A stretch of 64,000 nucleotides of DNA from positions 8,122,001-8,186,000 of the forward strand of contig OZ210885.1 of the NCBI GenBank assembly GCA_964658305.1. Reading direction: 5' to 3'. Source of the DNA: Leptogorgia sarmentosa. Its lineage: Eukaryota. The position numbers and the translations under genes were made by a program. A model generated the notes under the pieces. It did not search any database, was not told where the DNA came from, and was given only the letters and a program-made list of their open reading frames with translations. Shown one piece after another: positions 39,491 to 49,847 of this stretch. How positions within the stretch are numbered: the stretch's first letter is position 1; each line of letters begins with the position of its first letter.

Positions 39491-39849
39491 AAATTTGAAA
39501 TGTATACAAATTTTATATACAAAATTTGAGATGTATAAGCTCCAGGAACATAATTCAAGCTCTGAAAATGAAATGCAGTTTTTATCTCCCGTTTACCTAG
39601 GACATACTGTAACATTACGCCACTCTCACAGCGCTTCATTTCAATCGAACGTTTTCCGCTTTACACGAATTGCAAAATAAAAAGGATGGGGCTCATTAAC
39701 AACTTGAAAACATGATTGGATAATAACTGACGCTTTTGGGATCTTGGCTCAATTTCTCACAAAACCTGTGAGATCAAGCAGTTGAAATTTGAATTCAGTT
39801 ACAATTCAGTTATAAAGCTGCGTTTAAAACACCAAAACCAGCATCTGTA

Positions 39850-40203
39850 ATGCATGAGTTGCCTGGCCTCGAAACATCGAGACCAATCGGACTAATTTCC
39901 ACAGAATTTATTTCATATCAATCCTAAACTTCCTTTCTCGTGTCATCCACAGTTAAATGTTCCAATTCCTTTCTTATACTCGATATGGTCCTCTTCCAAA
40001 CACAGCACGTTCCTCGTTTCGCTGTTTTGTCTGTATGATTTTCTTTATCTTCTCCACAAACTCGTGGAGCTTGCTTGCATTAAAATTGAGATCATCATAA
40101 AATTGGCGGATTCGGAATCATTATTCTTGAACTCCATCGGAGGATTTCCTAATCCGGCGTCGACTCGAACAGGTTTTAACATCGAGTTTTTCATCTCATT
40201 TGC
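39850..40203 (-). pseudogene. MULE/MuDR-type transposase fragment
   Basis: Manual translation: MKNSMLKPVRVDAGLGNPPMEFKNNDSESANF then, after a frameshift, LHEFVEKIKKIIQTKQRNEERAVFGRGPYRV; resembles the N-x-x-ES-x-N catalytic-Glu region of Mutator-like transposases. Confidence 0.6.
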
Positions 40204-40622
40204 CTAAAAAACAGGAAAATACACATACTCGAATGTATATGAATATATTTTTCTTTCCGCGATCACATTGAACAATCCAGCATTTGTTGAGTTTACTATT
40301 GCATGCTATTAGAAAGTATTTTTGATAGTAGTATTTTTAAATTTTAGCACAATTGGTAGCTATAAATCGTAAAGTGGCCTTAAAACCTTTAAGGTTGAAG
40401 ACATGCAAATTAGCGACATACTTTTGCCAAATACGGTGAACTATATAGATATTGCATCGAGTGATGACTGATGATACCTTTTTGTTGTAAACTCAAACGA
40501 TTGTTCATTTCTAATATATAGAAGTTTACCACCCATTAATTAATAATATTTAAATATGACAAGTTTCGGCGTCAGATGCACACAATATTTTTGTCTTACT
40601 GTCATGTCACACGAGACACATC

Positions 40623-40910
40623 ACACCTTCACCTTATTGCTCTTCTTGAGAAATTTTCGTATCTGCCTTTTATTACTGGTTTTTAATTTGGACATTTCAT
40701 CAAGATCAAACGCAGTTAGATAAAAGCATTCTTTTGGAAGCTCGTCCGTCCATGGCTTTCCTCCGCGGTTAGACAAGGAACCCACCTCTTGTTCCACGAC
40801 CCCTTCCAGTAATGGATAGTGATTGTTTTCTTTTTTTTTTGGAAAACTTTACCAATTACTGGGACATCCTTATAATCTAACAATGAGACAGCTACGAAAG
40901 ACGACTCTTT
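40623..40910 (-). pseudogene. Frameshifted C-terminal fragment of an unclassified, probably transposon-borne protein
   Basis: SFVAVSLLDYKDVPVIGKV..IHYWKGSWNKRWVP continues in another frame as PWTDELPKECFYLTAFDLDEMSKLK..*. Confidence 0.45.
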
Positions 40911-42572
40911 AATATAGGTGCAAAGATCGGAAACCGATTGCACTTCAGTCGAACGCATGTAGGGGCCTGTGTGGACCTGTAAGGAACAACACAATGAAAA
41001 GCGAATTGTTGTTTCCTAAATCAGTAATCAGAGAGAATGTTTGCTTCGTTTTTAATGCTGACCGAACGTTTTTGGAAATTTTGAGCGCTCGTTAGTTTAG
41101 AGAGTGTTTTTCATCAGTAAACTTTTTGATACACCCTGTATTACTCGATTCTAACGGAGGTCAGGGCGATTCTGCAATGTTTACAGGGTAAAGAGAGAAT
41201 AGGGTTACCTTTTAGATAGTTCCTTCTCGTGTGCTGACAAGGACAACGTAATCTCTTTATTGTTTGCCGATGCGAATCAGCAGAGGCCGGTTGTATAAAA
41301 ACGTAGTTAAAGTTAACTATAGTTAAGTGCGAAAATTGACCAATCAGAAACGCATATTTCAAAGTTAACTACAATTTAACTACAAAAAGAGTTTTATACA
41401 AGCGCCCCCAGGTCTTTTGTAGACATCGACACGCAATCTTGGGGCTCTCCAGAGCGTCGTTTGTTGAAAACAATCATCCTCTTAAGATACAACTCGGCCA
41501 AATCTTGCCAGATCTCATTTGCTGAACACAACCCTAGCCGTTCGGTTAACCCTTTCATCTTAAAAAAAATCATATGTTTGATAAACCATAAGTTAAGCAT
41601 TACACACTAGAATTGGTAGCCTATTCGCCTATATGTTATTTACCGGCTCCTGATCAAACGACATTTGAGAACGATACAATATTTTCGCCCAAACAATAAA
41701 ACATACATACTTAGACCATTGGCCGTCATTAGATACTAAGGAAGCCAACATCAACATCTTACTTTCTAGTGGCATCACTACAGCGAATGGTCTGGCTTTT
41801 TACGATCAGTGCTGCCTTTTTAATAGCGTAACCAATCTTGAGGGCACTCGATGGGGCCTTATACTGGTTTAGATGGTTTCTGCCCTTTTCCATCCAAGCC
41901 GCTGACCGTGCATCCGCACGGCCTTCAAAGAGGAAATCCAACATCTCCGGCTTCACTGCATCCTTCAACTGCATGAACGATTTCGTTGTTCTCCATTTCC
42001 GTGATCTTTTTGGATGGTGGTTAGTCCTTCGTTTCATATCATTGTTCACCAGAATGAACGCAGTCGTGGTGAGGAGTGCGGGTGCGAAATAGCCAATGGA
42101 ACTGCCAACCAAGATTGCCTTGTTTCGGAAAAATGTTAGGACGTCTTTTGGAAAAAGGCTTGAATAGGAATAGTGTTTTCTCGAAACGCGCCTTTCAAGG
42201 GATGTCCAAGTACATTCGTGCTGTCGAGCGACATTTGTCAAAGGATTAAAATAAACACAATCGTATTGTCCGATAGTTAATACGAGTTAATTGTAATGAA
42301 CTGAAACAATATATACAAATGAAAACTGTTAAACTTGAACGGAATTGTTCGGCCATAAACGCGAATAAACCACAAAATGACTACATATTGAGACCGAAAT
42401 AAACGATATATTAAAATATGAAAACATGTGTTCATACAAGTCACATGACTTGACTACTGATCTATATATACGTATAACTGGACTTATAGTTCAATAGTTT
42501 TGCACTGACGCACGATTAAATATTTCCAACACTCCCTCTCAAAATATGAACTATAACTTGTCTTAATGTAAT

Positions 42573-45500
42573 CTAAAGAGTGTTCCCCACTCCCATAAGT
42601 CCACGTAAGCGTTGAAATAAAGTTTTGCCTAATGGTTTCGTTAATAAGTCTGCCAACATTTGTTCCGTGGGACAATAGTCCAAAACTAATTCTTTCTTCG
42701 CTACTTTGTCACGAACAAAGTGACATTTAATGTCAATATGCTTTGTTCTAGGATGATACTTCGGATTTTTCGACAATGCGATGGCTCCTTGATTGTCTTC
42801 TTTAATCATCGTTGGTTCCTTTTGAGGAAAACCCATGTCCCCGAGCAATACTCTTAGCCAAACTGCTTCTTGACTTGCCAATGAGGCAGCTACGTATTCT
42901 GCCTCAGTTGATGAAAGTGCGACAACGTTTTGTTTCTTGCTAGCCCAACTGATCACTCCTCCACATACTGTGAACAAATATCCTGATTGCGATTTCCGTC
43001 CATTAGGATTGCTTCCCCAATCGGCATCAACATAGCCTTCTAATTTCACATCAGTTTCTTTGTTCCCATCGAATGTGATTCCGTAATCAATTGTTCCTTT
43101 GATATATCGTAGAATGCGTTTTGCCGCTTTCCAGTGTTCTTCTCCTGGGTTGGAACAAAATTGGTTCACCGTTCCTAACGCTTGAGCAAGGTCAGGTCTC
43201 GTTCCGGTTACTGCGTAGGTCAATCCCCCGACCAATGCTTGGTATTTCTCCCTTTCGACTGATTCTCCTTCATTTGGTAGTAGCTTCGTACTTTGATCCA
43301 CTGGTGTCGCAGCTGGTTTACAATCTTGCATACCGAATTTCTCTAATAAATTCGTAAGGTACTTCGCTTGATGCAATTTCATTCGCTTGTTATCTTTGTC
43401 TCGTTCTACTTGAAGTCCCAAACAGTAGTGTACTTCTCCGAGATCTTTCATGTCGAATCGTTCTCGCAAAGCAGCTTTCTCTCTGCGTAGCATACTTGCG
43501 TCATTGCTTGCAGGTATCAGATCATCGACATATAAGGCAATGAGCATAATGTTCTCTCCCTCTCGCTTGATGTAGATACACGGATCTGAAGTCGATTTCG
43601 TATAGCCTGATTTCTCTAAAAACTCATCGATCGTGTTGAACCAGCATCGTGACGACTGTTTCAGTCCGTAAATGCTTTTGTTCAACTTGCAGACCAATTC
43701 TTCTTCTCCTTCTTTCACATATCCTTCGGGTTGAGACATGTAAATTTCTTCTTCTAATTCACCGTTTAAGAACGCTGTAGAAACATCCATCTGATGTACT
43801 TCTAAATTCAACTGGTTTGCAATTGCCAACAGTGAACGAATCGATGTATACTTTGCTACCGGTGAGAAGGTTTCTTCATAATCTAGACCGGGTTTTTGTG
43901 AGTATCCTTTCGCCACCAAACGAGCTTTGTATCGTTCTACCGATCCATCTGCTTTGTACTTAACTTTGAATACCCATCTGGAATCTATAGCTTTACGGCC
44001 TTCGGGTAGATCTGTCAAAGTCCACGTATTATTCTTCATATGTGCTGAGTATTCATTGTCCAGCGCACGTTTCCACTGTTCTTTATCTGAACCTTTCAGA
44101 GCTTCTTCCATAGTGGTGGGCTCTTCAGAACTGTGCTCGCCATCGATACATGCAACATTGTTTTGCCACCAATCGCCAGTAATAACTGCGCCATGTCTAT
44201 CTGGAGGTTCTCGCTTGCGCGTTGATCGTCGTGGTGGTTCCTCCATATCTGTTTCTTCGGTGTTTGTTTCTTCGGTGTTTGTTTCTTCGGTGTTTGTTTC
44301 TTCGGTATTTGTTTCTTCGGTATTTGTTTCTTCGGTATTTGTTTCTTCGGTGTTTGTTTCTTCGGTGCTTTCAGGTATTAAGTCAGAGTCATCTATGTCA
44401 AAGACTTGAGTGTCTTCCTTGTGTTGAATGAATTGATCTTCATCGAATAAGACATCTCTGGATATGCAGATCTTTCTGCTGATGGGTTCATAGAGTCTAT
44501 ATCCTTTGCTTGTAATACTGTATCCAACAAATATACATTTCTTGGTCTTCGAATCCCATTTCTTACGGTTTTCTTTAGGAACATGCATGTAAGCTTTGCA
44601 TCCAAATACTCTAAAATGTGACACATCTGGTTTCTTTTCATAAAAACATTCATACGGAGTCATATTGTCTACTGCAACTGTAGGACTTCGATTTCTAATC
44701 ATAACTTCCGTGCAGACTGCCTCAGCCCAAAACTTCTTGTCCAGTCCTGCATTATGCATCATGGATCGTGCAGTTTCTTGAATAGTTCTATTCATTCTCT
44801 CTGAAACACCATTCTGCTGTGGTGTTCTAGGCACACTGAGCTGATGCTGGATTCCCTTTTCTTTAAGGTAATTGGAAAATTCTTTAGATGTGTACTCACC
44901 GCCGTTATCGGATCGAAGAATCTTTATTTTCTTCTCTGTCATATTTGTAATCATTGTCTCATACTCTTTGAACTTCTCAAGTACTTCATCTTTCGTCTTC
45001 ATGAAATAGACTGCAGTGAACCTGGATTTATCATCAATGAAAGTCACGAAGTAACGACTTCCCCCGAGACTGTTCTCTTGCATCGGTCCACAAACATCGC
45101 TGTGTACAATTTCCAGAATTTCATTTGCCCGAGTCGCCTGTCCCTTTGGGAATGATGCTCGTTTTTGCTTACCATGTGCACAACCTTCACAAAATTCTGA
45201 CTCTTGAGCTGATAGAAAGTTCATTCCAGTTACTAATTTCTGATCTCGTAACAGGCGCAAATTGTTTGTACTCAAATGTCCGTATCTCTGATGCCATAAA
45301 TTTTCAAGATGCTCATTTGAAGCAACATTGACATCATGGGATTTCACATTCTTTTCTTCAACATCAAGCACGTACAAGTTATTTTGAATTTTACCACAGC
45401 CTGATACATTTCTAGCCTTATCAAGAATCACACATCCACTCTGTTGGAGCTCAATAGAATATCCTCGCTTAGCAGCAGCACTTACTGAGAATAGATTCTT

Positions 45501-46565
45501 TGCTAAGTCTGGAACATGCAGGACATCAACTAATCTGGCCGGTTTGTAACCATTTCCTGCTTTAATGTCAAGCCAAATATTTCCTTTGCCATATGCTTGG
45601 ACTACTCGATTATCACCCAAACGTACCTTTTGAGGATTATCAAAATGAACATAGTCTACCATCATTTCCTTATCGTATGACATATGCTGCGAAGCACCTG
45701 AGTCAATGTACCATGTCAAATCCTTTTGATTCACACGTTCCGATGACCAAAATGATGCATGTTCTGTAGATGCATTGTATGATGCACCATCTTGTTTCTC
45801 TTTGCCCTCCTTTGATTTCTCTTTCTTGGGTTTACGACATTCTCTTGCCCAATGTCCTGGTATTCCACAATTATGACATTTGCCTTTTCTCTTGGGTCTC
45901 GTTTTCTGACTTGATCGATCATGCTTGGAGAATAAGGCTCTCTCTCCTGCATCCGGGATTAACAGATTTTCCTTTCGCTTTTGTTCCTCATGAAGTAATC
46001 TTGCAGTCACGAATTCTAATTTCAAATCATCAGCACGGGATTCTAAAGCTGTGATCAAACCACTATACGATTCAGGGAGACTACACAAGAGCGTTGCAAC
46101 TTGGTCATCCTCAGTAATAGATGCACCCACTGCTTCCAGTTGACTTGCCAGCTCTTTCATTTTGTTGATGTGTTCACTCATTGACTCATCAACTCCCATA
46201 GACATAGTAAAATACTTCTTACGCAAAAATAGTTTATTTGCCAAGGACTTTACCTCGTAATGACTTTCAAGTTTCGACCATGCTTCCTCTGCTGTTGTAG
46301 CCGTACGAACAAGAGACAATTGTTCATCGCCCAAGGACAGACAAATTGTAGCGAGAGCTTTTCTTTCCCGTCTTTGAAATTGCCGACGTTGAGTATCAGT
46401 AGTTTCTTCCCCTTCAGGTTCTACCTCATCGCCCTTAACAATGTTCCAGAGATCCTTCTCCTCCAGAACCATTTGCATTTTAAATTTCCACAGGTGAAAA
46501 TTCTCTCCTTTAAACTTTTCAATACGCAACAGCGATCCATGTTCGTCATTTACGGAGGTCGCCAT
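42573..46565 (-). CDS. Copia Gag-Pol polyprotein (Gag, CCHC knuckle, protease, integrase, RT, RNase H)
   Basis: Uninterrupted ORF: CHNCGIPGHWAREC, IDSGASQHM, WHQRYGH..CEGC, HSDVCGP/RSDNGGEY/NGVSER, LYVDD, YVDADW/STEAEY/EDNQ in PR-IN-RT-RH order; first ATG at 46565. Confidence 0.97.
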   Translation of the reverse strand: MATSVNDEHGSLLRIEKFKGENFHLWKFKMQMVLEEKDLWNIVKGDEVEPEGEETTDTQRRQFQRRERKALATICLSLGDEQLSLVRTATTAEEAWSKLESHYEVKSLANKLFLRKKYFTMSMGVDESMSEHINKMKELASQLEAVGASITEDDQVATLLCSLPESYSGLITALESRADDLKLEFVTARLLHEEQKRKENLLIPDAGERALFSKHDRSSQKTRPKRKGKCHNCGIPGHWARECRKPKKEKSKEGKEKQDGASYNASTEHASFWSSERVNQKDLTWYIDSGASQHMSYDKEMMVDYVHFDNPQKVRLGDNRVVQAYGKGNIWLDIKAGNGYKPARLVDVLHVPDLAKNLFSVSAAAKRGYSIELQQSGCVILDKARNVSGCGKIQNNLYVLDVEEKNVKSHDVNVASNEHLENLWHQRYGHLSTNNLRLLRDQKLVTGMNFLSAQESEFCEGCAHGKQKRASFPKGQATRANEILEIVHSDVCGPMQENSLGGSRYFVTFIDDKSRFTAVYFMKTKDEVLEKFKEYETMITNMTEKKIKILRSDNGGEYTSKEFSNYLKEKGIQHQLSVPRTPQQNGVSERMNRTIQETARSMMHNAGLDKKFWAEAVCTEVMIRNRSPTVAVDNMTPYECFYEKKPDVSHFRVFGCKAYMHVPKENRKKWDSKTKKCIFVGYSITSKGYRLYEPISRKICISRDVLFDEDQFIQHKEDTQVFDIDDSDLIPESTEETNTEETNTEETNTEETNTEETNTEETNTEETNTEETDMEEPPRRSTRKREPPDRHGAVITGDWWQNNVACIDGEHSSEEPTTMEEALKGSDKEQWKRALDNEYSAHMKNNTWTLTDLPEGRKAIDSRWVFKVKYKADGSVERYKARLVAKGYSQKPGLDYEETFSPVAKYTSIRSLLAIANQLNLEVHQMDVSTAFLNGELEEEIYMSQPEGYVKEGEEELVCKLNKSIYGLKQSSRCWFNTIDEFLEKSGYTKSTSDPCIYIKREGENIMLIALYVDDLIPASNDASMLRREKAALRERFDMKDLGEVHYCLGLQVERDKDNKRMKLHQAKYLTNLLEKFGMQDCKPAATPVDQSTKLLPNEGESVEREKYQALVGGLTYAVTGTRPDLAQALGTVNQFCSNPGEEHWKAAKRILRYIKGTIDYGITFDGNKETDVKLEGYVDADWGSNPNGRKSQSGYLFTVCGGVISWASKKQNVVALSSTEAEYVAASLASQEAVWLRVLLGDMGFPQKEPTMIKEDNQGAIALSKNPKYHPRTKHIDIKCHFVRDKVAKKELVLDYCPTEQMLADLLTKPLGKTLFQRLRGLMGVGNTL
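44250..44367 (-). repeat. 15-bp in-frame tandem repeat encoding (TEETN)7-TEETD
   Basis: Located in the IN-RT linker of the copia ORF. Confidence 0.95.
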
Positions 46566-46637
46566 ACACAAGCTCAAAATCGTCGATTTCGCGTCTAATT
46601 TCTTATAATAAACACATCAGAAGCCGAACACGCGCTC

Positions 46638-46651
46638 CTGGGCCCATAACC
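46638..46651 (-). promoter_or_regulatory. Primer-binding site GGTTATGGGCCCAG (internal/half initiator tRNA-Met type)
   Basis: Directly abuts the 5' LTR; same PBS type as Drosophila copia. Confidence 0.9.
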
Positions 46652-47227
46652 TGTTAAACTTGAACGGAATTGTTCGGCCATAAACGCGAATAAACCACAA
46701 AATGACTACATATTGAGACCGAAATAAACGATATATTAAAATACATACAAGTCACATGACTTGACTACTGATCTATATATACGTATAACTGGACTTATAG
46801 TTCAATAGTTTTGCACTGACGCACGATTAAATATTTCCAACAAAAACAACCTAAGTTCAAAAATAATTTCAACACTAAGTCTAAATGTGACCTTCCATGG
46901 GATTTCATACGTTAACGATTTTTCGTTGAAACGGCAAAACAAACAGTAAACGAACGGATAGCAAACGCTTTGTGTAAACGTTTCAACGATCTTTCAAAAC
47001 GTTCGAACGATATCGGCAAAAAAATTTAACGGAAAATCCCAAAAATTTTAACGGTTTGAAAAACGTTTTCGTGAAGCCGTTCAAACGGTATACTTTGAAA
47101 CGTTTAACGACACAGTCATTCAGTCAAACGCTTTTGTGAGCAAGCTTTAAAACTTAAGAATTGCAAATGGCAACAACATTGGCACAAAATTTAGCTATAT
47201 AACTTAGTAGTACTATACCGCCTATAT

Positions 47228-47432
47228 AGCGCCGGAAGTAATTAGTATGCAGAAGTGTGTCCAAGATAGCGCCGGATGTAAATAGTATGCAGAAGTGTGT
47301 CCAAGATAGCGCCAGAAGTAAATAGTATGCAGTGCGCGCCGGAAGTAAATAGTATGCATTAGGAATATAGCGGAAAAAGTAATTAGTATGCGCGCCAGAG
47401 GTAATTAATATACAGGAGCGAGTAATTAGTAT
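47228..47432. repeat. Degenerate ~39-bp tandem repeat
   Basis: Repeated GCGCCGGAAGTAA(T/A)TAGTATGC core, with AGAAGTGTGTCCAAGATA in the first copies. Confidence 0.8.
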
Positions 47433-48358
47433 CGGTGTATTATTAACATTTTCGAAAAATATTTACAGTTAAATTGAGTGCCAGAGGCATCCACAGTGTG
47501 TAATTTCTCCGCACTCTATGGAGAAATTGAAAGTTAATCGTTTGAATGTTTCTTTTACAATGTCTACACATTTTTTGTGCACATGTGTCCCGCAGCAAAA
47601 TTCAAGATTCAAGAACTTTATTTAACCACGGTAAAAACACATCAGGATACATATTACAAACAATTGCACAAACAAAAATTACAAATACAAAAAAATATAT
47701 ATATATGTATATGTTACATTGGAAAACCTGCTCTCCATGAGTGCCGTGGGGACAGACGTCTAGGTGATATAAGTACTGCAGCCAGTTTTGAATTGCCTTT
47801 GAGTGCTAGCCTTTCTTAGGTGAATAGGAAGGCTGTTCCACAGCGTCGCACCACTATAAGCAAAACTATTCTTTAAATAGTTGGTTCGAGGCATAGCAAC
47901 AGCTAGTTTGCCATCGGTGTCTCTCAAAGTGTAGCTCGTTACACTGTTACGAAAATTAAAAAGGAGCCGCAAATAATCGGGAGCTAGCTCGTTAAGCGAT
48001 TTATAAACCAGTATAGCTTTCTGATTTTTACGCTGGGAAGCCAATTTTCTCCATCCCAGTTTCTCAATTAGAAGGTCAGCATTAGCGTCATAGCTAGAGA
48101 AAGTTAAGATTCTCGCAGCACGATTTTGCAGTTTTTGTAGCTTATCTGCGGAAAATTTAGTGCAATTGTCCCAAACAACACAACAGTAATTAAAATGAGG
48201 TTGAATAATAGAATTAAAAATATATTTGAGTGTGCTGCTTGGAACGAATGGCCTCATACGCTTCAACGCACCAATGCCAGACGCAATTTTTTTTGAGATT
48301 ATCTCAATGTGTTTATTCCATGACAAGTTTTCATCAATATTTAACCCAAGAGACTTAA

Positions 48359-49847
48359 CCACTGAGCTATACTTAATATATCTGGAGATCGGGTCGTAAT
48401 ACCACGCCGTACAAAATAGTGTCGCCAAAAACATGGCGGATTTTAGCCAAATTTACGTCATTATGACGTAGTAAGTCCCCTATTTCAGGGGACTAACCAC
48501 TGACCAAATAACATTGCCGAAAGTGAACAGTTTTCTCACCCCCTTGTCTGAAAATAAAATACTAAAATACCAGCTAATATCACGTCAGAGTTTTAAATTC
48601 AAAACAATATTTCGTTGAATTTTGTTGATTATCAACATGCCGCGTTTTTGCACACATAGTTGGCGACGGTCGGTCACTTATTTGCTGAACTACATTTAAT
48701 TTCAGCAATTTTCAGATAAATTACGGATGCCACAACTCCTTTGTCAAGTCCTCTTTAATCAATCGCTTTCGGTATTTATAGGCGCGTACATCGACAAATA
48801 CAACAATATATTTTTGAGATGTACGAGAATTTTAATACTTCATCTCAATTCTTTGAAAAAATATCAAAACAGCAATGCAGTATACAGGGTGTATCAAAAA
48901 AAGGTTTACTGATGAAAAACTTTCTCTAAACTAACAAGCGCTCAAAATTTCCAAAAAGTTTCGATTAGCATGGGTAGTTTAACACCCTCTGGTATATCTA
49001 GCACTAAGTTTATTTAAAAACAAACTTTTTAAGAATGGGAAATGTGGTCACTGAAAGGCCGGTTAAAAACGGCTTGCGCGGAAAAAATAGGTTTTTTTCA
49101 CACAATTTGATTTAATCGGATGAAAATCTGGAGTATGACATACAATCTATTCAAGTTTTGAGAAATTTGGTGCACGCTGACACGAACGTGCGATGTCCAA
49201 AAACTGGATTTTGCGCAATTTCTTCGCGTAATTGTGGACCTTTGGGAACTAGCTTGCAATTTGCATTGGTAATTAATGCAAATATCCAATTTTGCATAAA
49301 TTAATCGGTAATCACGCAGGAAAGAACGTAAAATCCAGTTTTCGGACATCGCACGTTCGTCTCAGCGCGCACCAAATTTCTCAAAACTTGAATAGCTTGT
49401 ATATCATACTCCATATTTTCATCCGATTAAATCAAATTGTGTGAAGAAAACTTATTTTTTCCGCGCAAGCCTTTTTTAATGGGCCTTTTAGTATCCACAT
49501 TTCGCATTCTGAAAAAGTTTGTTTTTAAAATAAACTTAGTGCTAGATATTCCAGAGGGTGTTAAACTACCCATGCTAACCGAAAGTTTTTGGAAATTTTG
49601 AGCGCTCGTTTGTTTAGAGAACGTTTTTCATCAGTAAACTTTTTTTTGATACACCCTGTATATTTACATATAAAATCGTACAGTAAAATCCAGGGAGGGT
49701 TGGAAACGGCGCCTGCACACACTTCAACTGTGGTCAGTAATTACCATCATGAGAATAGGGGACGTGTGACGTAAAATCCGCCATGTTTTTGGCGACACTT
49801 CAAAGTGGAGAGCCCGATCTCCAGATATATTAAGTATAGCTCAGTGG
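48359..49847. mobile_element. Non-autonomous DNA transposon with 35-bp TIRs and 6-bp TSD
   Basis: TIR CCACTGAGCTATACTTAATATATCTGGAGATCGGG at both ends, plus a second subterminal inverted block (GTGTCGCCAAAAACATGGCGGATTTTA); ACTTAA duplicated at 48353-48358 and 49848-49853. Confidence 0.9.
48885..49658. mobile_element. Tc1/mariner-type palindromic MITE nested in the previous element
   Basis: TA|CAGGGTGTATCAAAAAAA ... TTTTTTGATACACCCTG|TA; almost the whole 774 bp is one inverted repeat; a solo right end of the same family lies at ~41068-41138. Confidence 0.93.

Larger units (their letters stand above)
42327..46842 (-). mobile_element. Full-length Ty1/copia LTR retrotransposon
   Basis: TG..CA LTRs at 46652-46842 (5', 191 bp) and 42327-42531 (3', 205 bp); 5-bp TSD AAAAC (42322-42326, 46843-46847); PBS; PPT (GAGAGGGAG) abutting the 3' LTR; intact polyprotein. 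Confidence 0.98.

Noticed and set aside
39249..39680. 143-aa Leu-rich repeat ORF (GFTLLCLLLENLH)n
   Set aside because: Open only because the 39-bp unit is a multiple of 3; TTG start, no splice or homology support.
43927..44431. Plus-strand ORFs with VSSVF or LFLRC repeats
   Set aside because: Antisense shadows of the copia TEETN repeat.
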